Source: Thermoanaerobaculia bacterium
Lineage (GTDB): Bacteria > Acidobacteriota > Thermoanaerobaculia > UBA5066
Direction of reading: 5' to 3'
Assembly (NCBI GenBank): GCA_038245905.1
Contig: JBBRRY010000017.1
Span: forward strand, 7,793 to 71,792
Length of the DNA: 64,000 bases
Shown: positions 20,202-28,640 of the stretch, in pieces
Numbering within the stretch: position 1 is the first letter of the stretch
How the letters are laid out: every line of letters starts with the position of its first letter
Made by a program: the position numbers and the translations under genes
Notes under the pieces: generated by a model
What the model saw: only the letters and a program-made list of their open reading frames with translations
What the model was told of the DNA's origin: nothing
Database searches by the model: none

Positions 20202-21683
20202 GTGACTCTTCGCCTTTACAACACCATGAGCCGCTCGCTCGAGGAGTTTCGTCCCGTCTACCCGGGAAAGATCGGCCTCTACACATGCGGACCCACCGTC
20301 TACAACCGGGTGCACATCGGAAACCTCAGGACATTCGTCTGGGAAGACGTGATGTGCCGCGTCTTTCGCGCCCTCGGCTACGAGACGACCCAGGTGATGA
20401 ACCTCACGGACATCGACGACAAGACGATCCGGGGCGCGTTGGCCGCCGGGCTGCCGCTGCGCGCGTTCACGGACCTTCACATCGCGACGTTCTTCGAGGA
20501 CCTGAAGACGCTCGGCGTCGAGCCGGCGGCGCTCTATCCGCGCGCCACGGAGCACATCCCCGAGATGGTCACGATCGTCCAGAAGCTCGCCGCCCGTGGG
20601 CACACGTACGAGAGCGACGGATCGGTCTGGTTCCGGATCTCGACGTTCCCGGGCTACGGAAGTCTCTCTAAGATCGACCTCACGGCCGTGAAGCGCGGCG
20701 CGCGCGTGGCCGACGACGAGTACGAGAAGGAAGATGTGCGCGACTTCGCGGTATGGAAGGGAGCGAAGGAGGGCGAGCCCGAGTCCGCGACGTGGGCCAC
20801 GGCGCTTGGCCGCGGGCGGCCCGGCTGGCACCTCGAGTGCAGCGCCATGGCGATGAAGTACCTCGGCGAAACGCTCGACATCCACACGGGCGCCGTCGAC
20901 AACATCTTCCCGCATCACGAGAACGAGATCGCGCAGAGCGAAGGCGCGACCGGGAAACCGTTCGTCCATTACTGGCTCCACGCCGAGCACCTCCTCGTGG
21001 ACGGCGAGAAGATGTCGAAGAGCAAGGGGAACTTCTACACGCTTCCCGACCTCCTCGAGAGGGGCTTCTCTCCGCGCGCGATCCGCTACCTCCTCATCTC
21101 GGTCCCGTATCGGATGAAGCTCAACTTCACCTTCGACGGCCTGAAGGCCGCGACCTCCGCGGTCGAGCGGCTGGAGTCGCTCGACCTGCGGCTCAGGGAA
21201 AGAGAGAAAGAGAAGAACAGTTCTTTGAAAGGGGAAGAGGGGGGGAGAGAGGGATTCGAGGGGCGACTGGCGGAGGCGCGGCGTGCGGTCTTTGCCGCCC
21301 TCGAGGACGACCTCAACACGGCCGGCGCTCTCGGGGCGCTGTTCTCGTTCGTCAAGGCGACCAACGTCGATCTCGAGGCGGGCCATCTGTCGGCCTCCGA
21401 CGCAACCGCGGCGCGCGGTCTTCTCCATGAAGTCGCCGGGAACGTCTTCGGAGTCATTGAAAAGACCGCAGGCGACGATGCGCCCTCTTCACCTTCTCAG
21501 AAATCTTCATCCGAATCCCCCGAATCCGATGATGCGTGGATCCTGGAGCGCATCGAGGCCCGAAAGGGGGCTAGAAAGGCCCGGGATTTCAAGGCCGCCG
21601 ACGCGATCCGCGACGAGCTCCTGGGCAAGGGAGTCATCCTCGAAGACACGCCCCAGGGCGTTCGCTGGAAGAGGAAGCCTTGA
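20202..21683 (+). CDS. cysS: Cysteine--tRNA ligase
   Basis: LYTCGPTVYNRVHIGNLR (HIGH) and KMSKSKGN (KMSKS) motifs. GTG at 20202 chosen. The C-terminal region carries repeat copies N and C. Confidence 0.93.
   Translation: MTLRLYNTMSRSLEEFRPVYPGKIGLYTCGPTVYNRVHIGNLRTFVWEDVMCRVFRALGYETTQVMNLTDIDDKTIRGALAAGLPLRAFTDLHIATFFEDLKTLGVEPAALYPRATEHIPEMVTIVQKLAARGHTYESDGSVWFRISTFPGYGSLSKIDLTAVKRGARVADDEYEKEDVRDFAVWKGAKEGEPESATWATALGRGRPGWHLECSAMAMKYLGETLDIHTGAVDNIFPHHENEIAQSEGATGKPFVHYWLHAEHLLVDGEKMSKSKGNFYTLPDLLERGFSPRAIRYLLISVPYRMKLNFTFDGLKAATSAVERLESLDLRLREREKEKNSSLKGEEGGREGFEGRLAEARRAVFAALEDDLNTAGALGALFSFVKATNVDLEAGHLSASDATAARGLLHEVAGNVFGVIEKTAGDDAPSSPSQKSSSESPESDDAWILERIEARKGARKARDFKAADAIRDELLGKGVILEDTPQGVRWKRKP
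21196..21263 (-). repeat. CT-rich dispersed element, copy N (in cysS, reverse; encodes REKEKNSSLKGEEGGREGFEG)
   Basis: GGGAAAGAGAGAAAGAGAAGAACAGTTCTTTGAAAGGGGAAGAGGGGGGGAGAGAGGGATTCGAGGGG. The core TAG is changed to TTG in the reading frame. Confidence 0.7.
21483..21527 (+). repeat. CT-rich dispersed element, copy C (in cysS; encodes PSSPSQKSSSESPES)
   Basis: CCCTCTTCACCTTCTCAGAAATCTTCATCCGAATCCCCCGAATCC. Confidence 0.8.
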
Positions 21684-21709
21684 CAGTGGCGCGCCACTTC
21701 GGGTCTACT
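21680..21709 (+). promoter_or_regulatory. Candidate sigma70-type promoter for the leader/aro-his-trp array
   Basis: Perfect TTGACA at 21680-21685 (overlaps the cysS stop), an 18-nt spacer, then TCTACT at 21704-21709. Assigned by eye only. Confidence 0.3.
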
Positions 21710-21718
21710 TCCGGAGTC

Positions 21719-21760
21719 ATGATCTTCGTCGCGCGCCACTGGCACGTTCATCACACCTGA
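21719..21760 (+). CDS. Candidate attenuator leader peptide MIFVARHWHVHHT
   Basis: Hand translation: ATG ATC TTC GTC GCG CGC CAC TGG CAC GTT CAT CAC ACC TGA. Four His and one Trp codon, followed by a terminator, directly upstream of the his and trp genes. Confidence 0.55.
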   Translation: MIFVARHWHVHHT

Positions 21761-21832
21761 GTCGGCTGCGCCTCGCGCCGCCGGCCCATAGAGGTTCGGA
21801 GGCACGCGGGTTTTCCAACAAGGTCACCCCAA

Positions 21833-21859
21833 CCCCTCCGGATCGGAGGGGTTTTCGTT
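21833..21859 (+). terminator. Attenuator intrinsic terminator
   Basis: CCCCTCCG-GAT-CGGAGGGG perfect 8-bp stem followed by TTTTCGTTTT. The 3' arm contains the GGAGG that serves as the Shine-Dalgarno (SD) sequence for the TTG start at 21860. Confidence 0.7.
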
Positions 21860-23422
21860 TTGGTCCTCACCGCGGAGAAAACACTTCTCGTCGCGTCCCT
21901 CGCACCGGCTTCTAACGCCGAGGCTCTGGGGGGGCGCGCGGCTCTCGCCGACCTGCCTCCGTCGACGGCTGTCGAGCTGCGCCTGGATGCGATGACCGAG
22001 GCGCCTGCGTTCGGCGCGCTGCGCGCGTGCTTCGAAGGCAGAACGCTCATCGCAACCGTTCGATCCAAAGCCGAGGGCGGCGGGTTCCGGGGGAGCGAGG
22101 AGGAAGAGCGGGATTTCCTAGAAGGTGCCCTCTCTGCGGGCTTCGATCTCGCAGACGTTGAATTTCGCCGCGACCTTGGTACTCGCTTCGCCGGAATACC
22201 TCCTTCTAAGAAGATTTCTTCTCTCCACGACCCCGAAGGGGTACCAGCCGACCTCGACAGCGTCGTCTCGAGGATGCTCGCTTCCCCCTCGCGCTTCGTG
22301 AAAGTCGCGGCGACGGCAAACGATTCCGGCGACGCCCGCCGCCTTCTCGAGCTTCAGGCCGCGAACCCAGGGGGGCGCCTCACCGTATTCGGCATGGGCG
22401 AGGCCGGGATCGCCACGCGCGTCCTCTCGCCCTATCTCGGCGCGGCGCTCGCGTACGGGGCGCTCGTCCCCGGGCGCGCCACGGCACCCGGCCAGCTTCT
22501 TGCGCGCGACCTCAACGAGATCTACGGCGTCGGCTGCGCGCGGAGCGTCTCGCGGCTCTTCGGGATCCTGGGCGGCGTCGTCTCGCACTCCCTCTCTCCC
22601 GCTCTCCACAACGCGAATTTCGAGGCTCTCGAAGAGGACGCGCTCTACGTCCCGTTTGCGATGCGGATGCTCGGGAGGGAGCTCGAGCCCCTCGTCGCCT
22701 CCCTCGACGCGCTCGGCCTTCCTCTCGGGGGCGTCTCGGTGACGATCCCGTTCAAGGAAGAGGCCGCGCTCCTTTCGGGCGCGGCCGAGGGCGGCGAGAG
22801 GGCGGTCAACACGCTCCTGAGGTCGAGCGCCCCGGGCCTGCCGCTCCAGTGGCGCGCGGAAAACACCGACCGTGCGGCATTCGAGGCCGTGATTGAAGAT
22901 GCTTCCGAGAGAGGGAGAACCGAGACGAGCGCGAATGCGCGGGTGGCGATCGTCCTCGGGGCTGGTGGTACGGCACGGGTTGCCGTGGATGTTCTCCGAA
23001 AAAGGGGATTCGGAGTCTTTCTGGTGAACCGAGGCGAGGAGCGTGGCGAGGCGCTTGCGGCTGCCACGGGCGCCCATTACCTTTCTAATAAATCCTCGGC
23101 GCCGTGGCCCGAGGCTGGAGTCATCGTCAACGCGACGGCCCTCGGGCTTCTCCCGGGGGATCCTCTTCCCTGCGAGCAAAATATTCTCCGCCCCGGGATG
23201 CTCGTGATCGACGCGCCGTATCGCGCCGGCGGAACAGAGCTCGTCCGGGCGGCGCGCGCAGCGGGCGCGCGCGTCGTAGACGGCCAGACACTGCTCCTGC
23301 TTCAGGCCGCGGGCCAGGCAACGCTCTTCACCGGGCGGCAGACGAGCCCGCGGGATCTGCTCTCGCGTCTCGCGCCGCGCCTTCGCTCCCTGTTTTCGTC
23401 CTTCGAGGAGTTTTCTCCTTGA
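21860..23422 (+). CDS. aroDE: Bifunctional 3-dehydroquinate dehydratase (type I) / shikimate dehydrogenase
   Basis: N-terminal AVELRLD and SSLHD motifs resemble type I DHQase. C-terminal VSHSLSPALHNANF and NATALGL motifs resemble AroE. TTG start. Confidence 0.82.
   Translation: MVLTAEKTLLVASLAPASNAEALGGRAALADLPPSTAVELRLDAMTEAPAFGALRACFEGRTLIATVRSKAEGGGFRGSEEEERDFLEGALSAGFDLADVEFRRDLGTRFAGIPPSKKISSLHDPEGVPADLDSVVSRMLASPSRFVKVAATANDSGDARRLLELQAANPGGRLTVFGMGEAGIATRVLSPYLGAALAYGALVPGRATAPGQLLARDLNEIYGVGCARSVSRLFGILGGVVSHSLSPALHNANFEALEEDALYVPFAMRMLGRELEPLVASLDALGLPLGGVSVTIPFKEEAALLSGAAEGGERAVNTLLRSSAPGLPLQWRAENTDRAAFEAVIEDASERGRTETSANARVAIVLGAGGTARVAVDVLRKRGFGVFLVNRGEERGEALAAATGAHYLSNKSSAPWPEAGVIVNATALGLLPGDPLPCEQNILRPGMLVIDAPYRAGGTELVRAARAAGARVVDGQTLLLLQAAGQATLFTGRQTSPRDLLSRLAPRLRSLFSSFEEFSP
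22097..22134 (-). repeat. CT-rich dispersed element, copy P (in aroDE, reverse; encodes EEEERDFLEGALS)
   Basis: GAGGAGGAAGAGCGGGATTTCCTAGAAGGTGCCCTCTC. Confidence 0.6.
22191..22226 (+). repeat. CT-rich dispersed element, copy D (in aroDE; encodes GIPPSKKISSL)
   Basis: CCGGAATACCTCCTTCTAAGAAGATTTCTTCTCTCC. Contains the exact 11-mer. Confidence 0.8.
23075..23097 (+). repeat. CT-rich dispersed element, copy E (in aroDE; encodes HYLSNKSS), degenerate
   Basis: CATTACCTTTCTAATAAATCCTC. Confidence 0.55.
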
Positions 23423-25050
23423 AGATCGAGCGGCCCGACCCGAACCTGCCGCGAGGCGTGCAGGCATTTCTCTTCGACGCGGCCGAGCGCCGCCGGAAGG
23501 CGGAAGACTCGGTCGTGCGACGGCTTCAGGAGGCCGGTCTGCGTGAGGTGATTCTCCCCGTCCTGGATTTCGCGGCCCCCTATGCCGGCGTGACGGCCGA
23601 GGGAGACGATCGCCTTTATCGGTTCCTCGACCGGCAGGGGAATACTCTGGCGCTTCGGGCGGACTTCACGCCGATGGCGGCGCGCGTCGTGGCGCCACGG
23701 CTCAGCGCGCTCTCCGGAGCCGTCTCCCTCTTCTACCGCGGAGACGTCGTGCGCGACGAGGAGACTGGTGTCGGGCGCCGGCGCGAGTTCGCGCAGGTCG
23801 GCGCAGAGCGTTACGGCGATGGCCGCCCGGAGGCCGACGGCGAAATGCTCGCGCTGGCTCTCTCCTGCCTCGGAGATCTTCCGGCCGAGCGCCTCAGGCT
23901 CACCCTCGGCTGGTCGGGCCTCCTGGAACGCCTGCTCGCCATACTCGCCCCGGGACTCGAAGTGAACGGCGCGTCCGAACTCGCCGTTGCCTTGTCGGCC
24001 GCGCGCGCGCGGCACATCACGGAGCTGGAGACGCGGCTTTCGACCGCGGGCGCCGCGCCGGCCGTCGCTGCGGAAGCCGCCCGGGCCCTCCTCGTCGGCT
24101 TCGACCCCTCTTCCGATCTCTTCCACTCGACTGCCCTTGCGGGCGCGGCCGCGGAGCTCGCGCGCGCGGTCGCAATTGCGAGGGCCGCCCGGCCCGGTCT
24201 CTCGGTCGTCGTCGACCTTGCCGACACTCCCCAGGCCCCCTATTACACGGGGCTCACGTTCAGCGTGGACGCCGCGAGCGGGGGCGGCACGATTGCCGGA
24301 GGCGGACGGTACGACGGCCTCCTCGGGCGTTTCGGCACGGCGGCGCCCGCGCTCGGCTTCTGTATCGGCCTCGAGGCTCTCGGTGCTGCCGCCGATGTAA
24401 CCGAGAGAGACGCGCGCCCTCTCCGAATCGCGGTCGGGAAGGGCCGGCTCCTGCCGCAGGCGCTCGAGGCGCTCGACGCCGGAGGCGCCTCGTTCGGCGA
24501 GCCGGACGGCCGGCGCCTTCTCGTGCTTTCCTCGGACGGCGCGTTCGAGCTGCTTCTCCTCAAGGACGACGACGTCCCGACCTACGTGGCTCACGGTGGC
24601 GCCGACCTCGGGATCGTGGGGAGCGACCGCGTCCTCGAGAGCGGCGAGGACGTGACCTCCCCCGTGGAGCTTCCGTTCGGCGCCTGCCGCCTCTCCCTCA
24701 TCGGGCGGGCGGGGGAGCCGTTCCGCCCGAACGGCGCGCCCGTTCGCGTGGGAACGAAGTACCGCCGCCTCGCGGCCCGCTATTTCGATGAGCGGAAGAT
24801 CGCCCATGAGATCGTCCCGCTCGCGGGTTCGGTCGAGCTCGCTGCCGCGCTCGGGCTCACGGACGTCGTCGTGGACCTCATCGAATCTGGCTCCACGATG
24901 GCCGCGAACGGTCTCGCCGAGATCGAGACCATCCTCACGAGCCGCGCGACCCTCGTCCTCGGGCGTTCCGCGCTCATCGCCCGCCGGGCCGAGATCGCGG
25001 AGTTCGTCCAGCGCCTCAGGGCTCATGCGGGCAAGGCGCTGACTTCATGA
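23419..25050 (+). CDS. hisZG: Fusion of ATP phosphoribosyltransferase regulatory subunit (HisZ) and short-form catalytic subunit (HisG)
   Basis: First about 330 aa are HisRS-like/HisZ (LRADFTPMAARV, YYTGLTFSV, GGGRYDGLLGRFG). Last about 210 aa are HisG (LRIAVGKGRL...DLIESGSTMAANGL). One uninterrupted ORF. TTGA overlap with the aroDE stop. Confidence 0.8.
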   Translation: MKIERPDPNLPRGVQAFLFDAAERRRKAEDSVVRRLQEAGLREVILPVLDFAAPYAGVTAEGDDRLYRFLDRQGNTLALRADFTPMAARVVAPRLSALSGAVSLFYRGDVVRDEETGVGRRREFAQVGAERYGDGRPEADGEMLALALSCLGDLPAERLRLTLGWSGLLERLLAILAPGLEVNGASELAVALSAARARHITELETRLSTAGAAPAVAAEAARALLVGFDPSSDLFHSTALAGAAAELARAVAIARAARPGLSVVVDLADTPQAPYYTGLTFSVDAASGGGTIAGGGRYDGLLGRFGTAAPALGFCIGLEALGAAADVTERDARPLRIAVGKGRLLPQALEALDAGGASFGEPDGRRLLVLSSDGAFELLLLKDDDVPTYVAHGGADLGIVGSDRVLESGEDVTSPVELPFGACRLSLIGRAGEPFRPNGAPVRVGTKYRRLAARYFDERKIAHEIVPLAGSVELAAALGLTDVVVDLIESGSTMAANGLAEIETILTSRATLVLGRSALIARRAEIAEFVQRLRAHAGKALTS

Positions 25051-26357
25051 TGAAGATCGTCGACGCGGATACGCTTGCGGGCAAGAAGGAGCTGGAGCGG
25101 TTGCTAAAGAGCCGCCGGGGAGCCGCTCCTGACTTCGCGACGCTGAAGCAGGTCCTGCCGATCGTGGAGGATGTTCTGCGAAGAGGGGAGCCTGCGCTCC
25201 GGAAATACGTGAAGTGCTTCGACCCGTTGCGCGGCGCCCCTTCTTACCCTTCTAAGAAGCTCTTGATCACTCCCCGACGTGAGGAGTCTTCTCGGGTGGA
25301 TCCGGCGTTTCAGGCGGCGTTTGTCTTCGCCCGCAAGCGCATCGAGGCTTATCACCGCAAGCAGCTCTCGTCCGTCTCGCCGGGTTTCTCCTTCAAGGAC
25401 TCTCTCGGCGTCTCCTTCGTGGAGAGGCCCACGCCGTTCGATTCGGTGGGCGTCTATGTGCCCGGGGGCCGCGCCTTCTATCCGTCCTCGCTTCTCATGG
25501 GGGTCGTGCCCGCGCGCGTCGCGGGCGTCAGGCGAGTCGTCGTCGCGACGCCGCGCGGGGCGTGGGCGTCGAGCCCCGAGCTCCGGTGGGCGGCGGCCGA
25601 GCTGGGAGTCGACGAGGTGCTCCTCGCGGGAGGGGCCCACGGTATCGCCGGCCTCGTGTCCGTCGCGGGCGTCGCGAAGATCGTCGGCCCCGGGAACCGG
25701 TTCGTCGCGGCGGCGAAGCACCTCGTCTCGGGCCTCGTGGCGGTGGACATGCCGGCAGGGCCTTCGGAAGTCGCAATCCTCGCGTCGGCCGATGCGGACC
25801 CGGCGCTCGTGGCGGCGGATCTTCTCGCGCAAGCGGAGCACGATCCCGACGCAAAGTGCTTGCTGTTTACGAGCTCGAGAAGGCTGGCGGACGCCGTTCG
25901 ATGCGCGGCGCTCTCGCAGATGGATGCCTTCGAAGAGGATTCTTCTTTGATGGTGATGAGAGCGGCCTTGCGCCGCGGTGGGCGGATCTTTCTATTCAAA
26001 GAAATCTCCCGCGCCGCGTCGGCCTGCGCTGCCGTGTTCGCGGAGCACGTTCAGGTCATGGGCCGGTCTGTCGAGCGCTCGGCGGGTTCTCTCTTTCCCG
26101 CTGCCGGAACCTTGTTCATTGGCCCGTCGACGCCGACCGCGCTCGGGGACTACGTCCTCGGCCCGAATCACGTACTGCCCACAGGCGGTGCCGCGCGCAG
26201 CTTCTCGGGTCTCTCGGTGCGCGACTTCCTGCGCTGGGGGCGATCGGTCTCGGCCCCCGTGAAGGCGGCCCGCCGCCTCGCGCCCGCGGCAGCGGTCCTG
26301 GCGCGATTCGAAGGTCTCGTCGCCCACGCGAGCGCGCTCGACCGGAGAGTCCGGTGA
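25047..26357 (+). CDS. hisD: Histidinol dehydrogenase
   Basis: KIVGPGNRFVAAAK, DMPAGPSEV, LLAQAEHD and GPNHVLPTGG motifs. Confidence 0.94.
   Translation: MMKIVDADTLAGKKELERLLKSRRGAAPDFATLKQVLPIVEDVLRRGEPALRKYVKCFDPLRGAPSYPSKKLLITPRREESSRVDPAFQAAFVFARKRIEAYHRKQLSSVSPGFSFKDSLGVSFVERPTPFDSVGVYVPGGRAFYPSSLLMGVVPARVAGVRRVVVATPRGAWASSPELRWAAAELGVDEVLLAGGAHGIAGLVSVAGVAKIVGPGNRFVAAAKHLVSGLVAVDMPAGPSEVAILASADADPALVAADLLAQAEHDPDAKCLLFTSSRRLADAVRCAALSQMDAFEEDSSLMVMRAALRRGGRIFLFKEISRAASACAAVFAEHVQVMGRSVERSAGSLFPAAGTLFIGPSTPTALGDYVLGPNHVLPTGGAARSFSGLSVRDFLRWGRSVSAPVKAARRLAPAAAVLARFEGLVAHASALDRRVR
25237..25275 (+). repeat. CT-rich dispersed element, copy F (in hisD; encodes PSYPSKKLLITP)
   Basis: CCCCTTCTTACCCTTCTAAGAAGCTCTTGATCACTCCCC. 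Contains the exact 11-mer. Confidence 0.8.
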
Positions 26358-27421
26358 CCGGCCGGCCCATCCCGGTCCGCGAGGAGATCCGGTCGCTCAG
26401 GGCCTATCGCCTCGAGTCCGAGGACGCCCCCCCTCTCCGAGCGAAGCTGGACTTCAACGAGTCGCCGTTCGACGTGCCCGAGGAAATCCGCGCGGAGGTC
26501 CTCGCGCGCCTCGCGGCGAAGAGATGGGGCCGCTACCCCGAGTTCGGCGCGCCGCGTCTGAAGAGGGCGGTCGCCGAGGCGATTGGCCGGCGGCCCGAAG
26601 AGATCGTGGTCGGCAACGGGTCTGGTGAGGTCCTTCTCGCGGCGGTCTCCGTCTTCGCGGGGGGCGGCTCTCTCGTCCTTCCGACGCCCACGTTCTCGCT
26701 CTACGGACAGATCGCGGCGATCGCGGCGGCCCGCGTCGTGGACGTGCCGCGCACGGGGCCGGATTTCGAGCTCGTCGAGGACGCATTTCTCGCCGCGGTG
26801 TCCCGGCCGCACGCCGTTCCTCTCGTCTGCTCGCCGAACAACCCGACGGGCGGCGTCGTACGGCGGGAATTCCTGGAGAGGCTGCTCACGGCCGCGCCCG
26901 TCGTGCTCCTCGATCAGGCCTACGTGGATTTCGCGGGGCCCGGCGACGACGGCCTCTCGCTCCTCGATGCCTATCCGAACCTCGTCGTCTTCCGGACGCT
27001 CTCGAAGGCGTACGCGGCCGCGGGCTTCCGGATCGGGTACGCAGTCGCGCCGCCGGAGCTCGCGCGGGAGATCGAGAAGGCCGTCCTGCCGTTCAGCGTC
27101 GACCTCGCGGCCGAGGAGTTGGCGGTCGCCGTCCTCGGGCGTCCAGAGGTTGCGCGGGCCCACCTGGGCAAGATCGTGGCCGAGAGGTTGCGCGTGGCCG
27201 CGGCGCTCACGGCGGCCGGCTGCCTCGTGGCTTCGTCGTCCGCAAATTTTCTCTTCGTGCGTCCGCCGGGCGGCCAGGCGGAGCCGGTCCGCCGGGCGCT
27301 TCTCGACAGGGGAATCCTCGTGCGCGAAATGACCGCGGCGGCGCCCGGGCGCCTCCGTGTTTCGATCGGATCCCGTGAGGAGAACGATCTTTTCCTCGAA
27401 GCGCTTCGGGAGGTGTTATGA
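26354..27421 (+). CDS. hisC: Histidinol-phosphate aminotransferase
   Basis: GTG at 26354 in-frame within track ORF 25562..27421. CSPNNPTG and FRTLSKAYAAAGFRIGY (PLP lysine) motifs. Confidence 0.92.
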   Translation: MTGRPIPVREEIRSLRAYRLESEDAPPLRAKLDFNESPFDVPEEIRAEVLARLAAKRWGRYPEFGAPRLKRAVAEAIGRRPEEIVVGNGSGEVLLAAVSVFAGGGSLVLPTPTFSLYGQIAAIAAARVVDVPRTGPDFELVEDAFLAAVSRPHAVPLVCSPNNPTGGVVRREFLERLLTAAPVVLLDQAYVDFAGPGDDGLSLLDAYPNLVVFRTLSKAYAAAGFRIGYAVAPPELAREIEKAVLPFSVDLAAEELAVAVLGRPEVARAHLGKIVAERLRVAAALTAAGCLVASSSANFLFVRPPGGQAEPVRRALLDRGILVREMTAAAPGRLRVSIGSREENDLFLEALREVL

Positions 27422-28014
27422 GCAGGGTCGGAACAGTCGAGCGGAAGACGAAGGAGACGGACGTGTCCCTGTCGCTGACGCTCGACGGAGCGGGGCGAAC
27501 GGACGTGACTACGCCCGTCGGGTTTCTCTCCCACATGCTCGAGACGATCGCGAAGCACGCGCGCGTCGATCTCACGGTCCGGGCGTCGGGCGACGTGCAC
27601 ATCGACGCCCACCACACGGTCGAGGACGTCGGCCTCGCCTTCGGCGAGGCGCTGGCTCAGGCCCTCGGGTCGCGCGCGGGAATCGAGCGCTTCGGCGAGA
27701 GCCTCGTGCCGCTCGACGAGGCTCTCGCGCGTTCGGTCGTCGACCTCTCTGGCCGGCCGTACATCGTGTTCGAGTCTCCCATCGACAAAGAGCTCCTCCT
27801 TGTCACGAACGACTTCCCGTTCGCGCTCGTCGAAGAGTTCTGGAAGTCCGCGGCGTTTCGCGGCAAGTTCAACCTCCATGTGGACGTGATCCGCGCCCGG
27901 AACGGCCATCACGCGGCCGAGGCTGTCTTCAAGTCGGCCGCGCGCGCGCTGCGCCAGGCCATGACGATCACGGGCTCAGAGGTTCTCTCGACGAAAGGGA
28001 CGCTGACGGCATGA
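27418..28014 (+). CDS. hisB: Imidazoleglycerol-phosphate dehydratase
   Basis: ERKTKETDVSLSLTLDG...DAHHTVEDVGLAFG. 198 aa, with no phosphatase domain. Confidence 0.95.
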   Translation: MSRVGTVERKTKETDVSLSLTLDGAGRTDVTTPVGFLSHMLETIAKHARVDLTVRASGDVHIDAHHTVEDVGLAFGEALAQALGSRAGIERFGESLVPLDEALARSVVDLSGRPYIVFESPIDKELLLVTNDFPFALVEEFWKSAAFRGKFNLHVDVIRARNGHHAAEAVFKSAARALRQAMTITGSEVLSTKGTLTA

Positions 28015-28640
28015 GCGAAGCCCCCGCGCCGGTGGTCACGCTCGTGGACTACGGGGTCGGTAACACGGCTTCCGTCATCCGCGCCTTCCGCCGGCTCGGC
28101 GCCGAGGTGGACTTCACGGCCGATCTCGACCGGGTCGCGGCCGCCCGCCGCCTCGTGCTGCCCGGCGTCGCCGCGTTCGCCCCGGCGATGAACCGGCTGC
28201 TCGAGACCGGCCTCGAATCGGCCGTGCGGGCAGCCGTGAAGCGGGGAGGGCGTCTGCTCGGGCTCTGCCTGGGTTTTCAGCTTCTCTTCGAAGAAAGCGA
28301 GGAGCACGGCGTTCACCGGGGGCTCGGCCTCGTGTCCGGCCGTATCCGGCCCTTCCCGGGCAGCGTGCGGTCGCCTCACGTGGGCTGGAACCGGCTCCTC
28401 ACTCGCCGGCCGGACGGTTTCGTCGCGGGGCTTCAGGACCGGAGCTTCGTCTACTTCGTCCATTCCTTCAGACCCGAGGGCGCCGAAGCCGCGGACGTCG
28501 CGGCGGCCTGCGACCACGGCGGAGAGTTCCCGGCGATCGTGCAGCGCGGGAACGTCTGGGGTTGTCAGTTCCACCCGGAAAAGTCGTCGGAGAACGGCCG
28601 GCTCCTGCTCTCGAATTTTCTCGAGGGGGATCCGGCGTGA
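28011..28640 (+). CDS. hisH: Imidazole glycerol phosphate synthase, glutaminase subunit
   Basis: ATG at 28011 within track ORF 27357..28640. LVDYGVGN, LGLCLGFQLL and CQFHPEKS motifs. Confidence 0.93.
   Translation: MSEAPAPVVTLVDYGVGNTASVIRAFRRLGAEVDFTADLDRVAAARRLVLPGVAAFAPAMNRLLETGLESAVRAAVKRGGRLLGLCLGFQLLFEESEEHGVHRGLGLVSGRIRPFPGSVRSPHVGWNRLLTRRPDGFVAGLQDRSFVYFVHSFRPEGAEAADVAAACDHGGEFPAIVQRGNVWGCQFHPEKSSENGRLLLSNFLEGDPA

Noticed and set aside
22197-22212. Similarity of the element (ACCTCCTTCTAAG in copy D) to the 3' end of 16S rRNA with its anti-SD sequence (CACCTCCTTTCTAAGG in Bacillus-type 16S, from memory).
   Set aside because: Only copy D has the CCTCC anti-SD. The consensus is ACCTTCT, and this genome's own 16S sequence is not in the window. 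This is kept only as a speculative note in the main finding.
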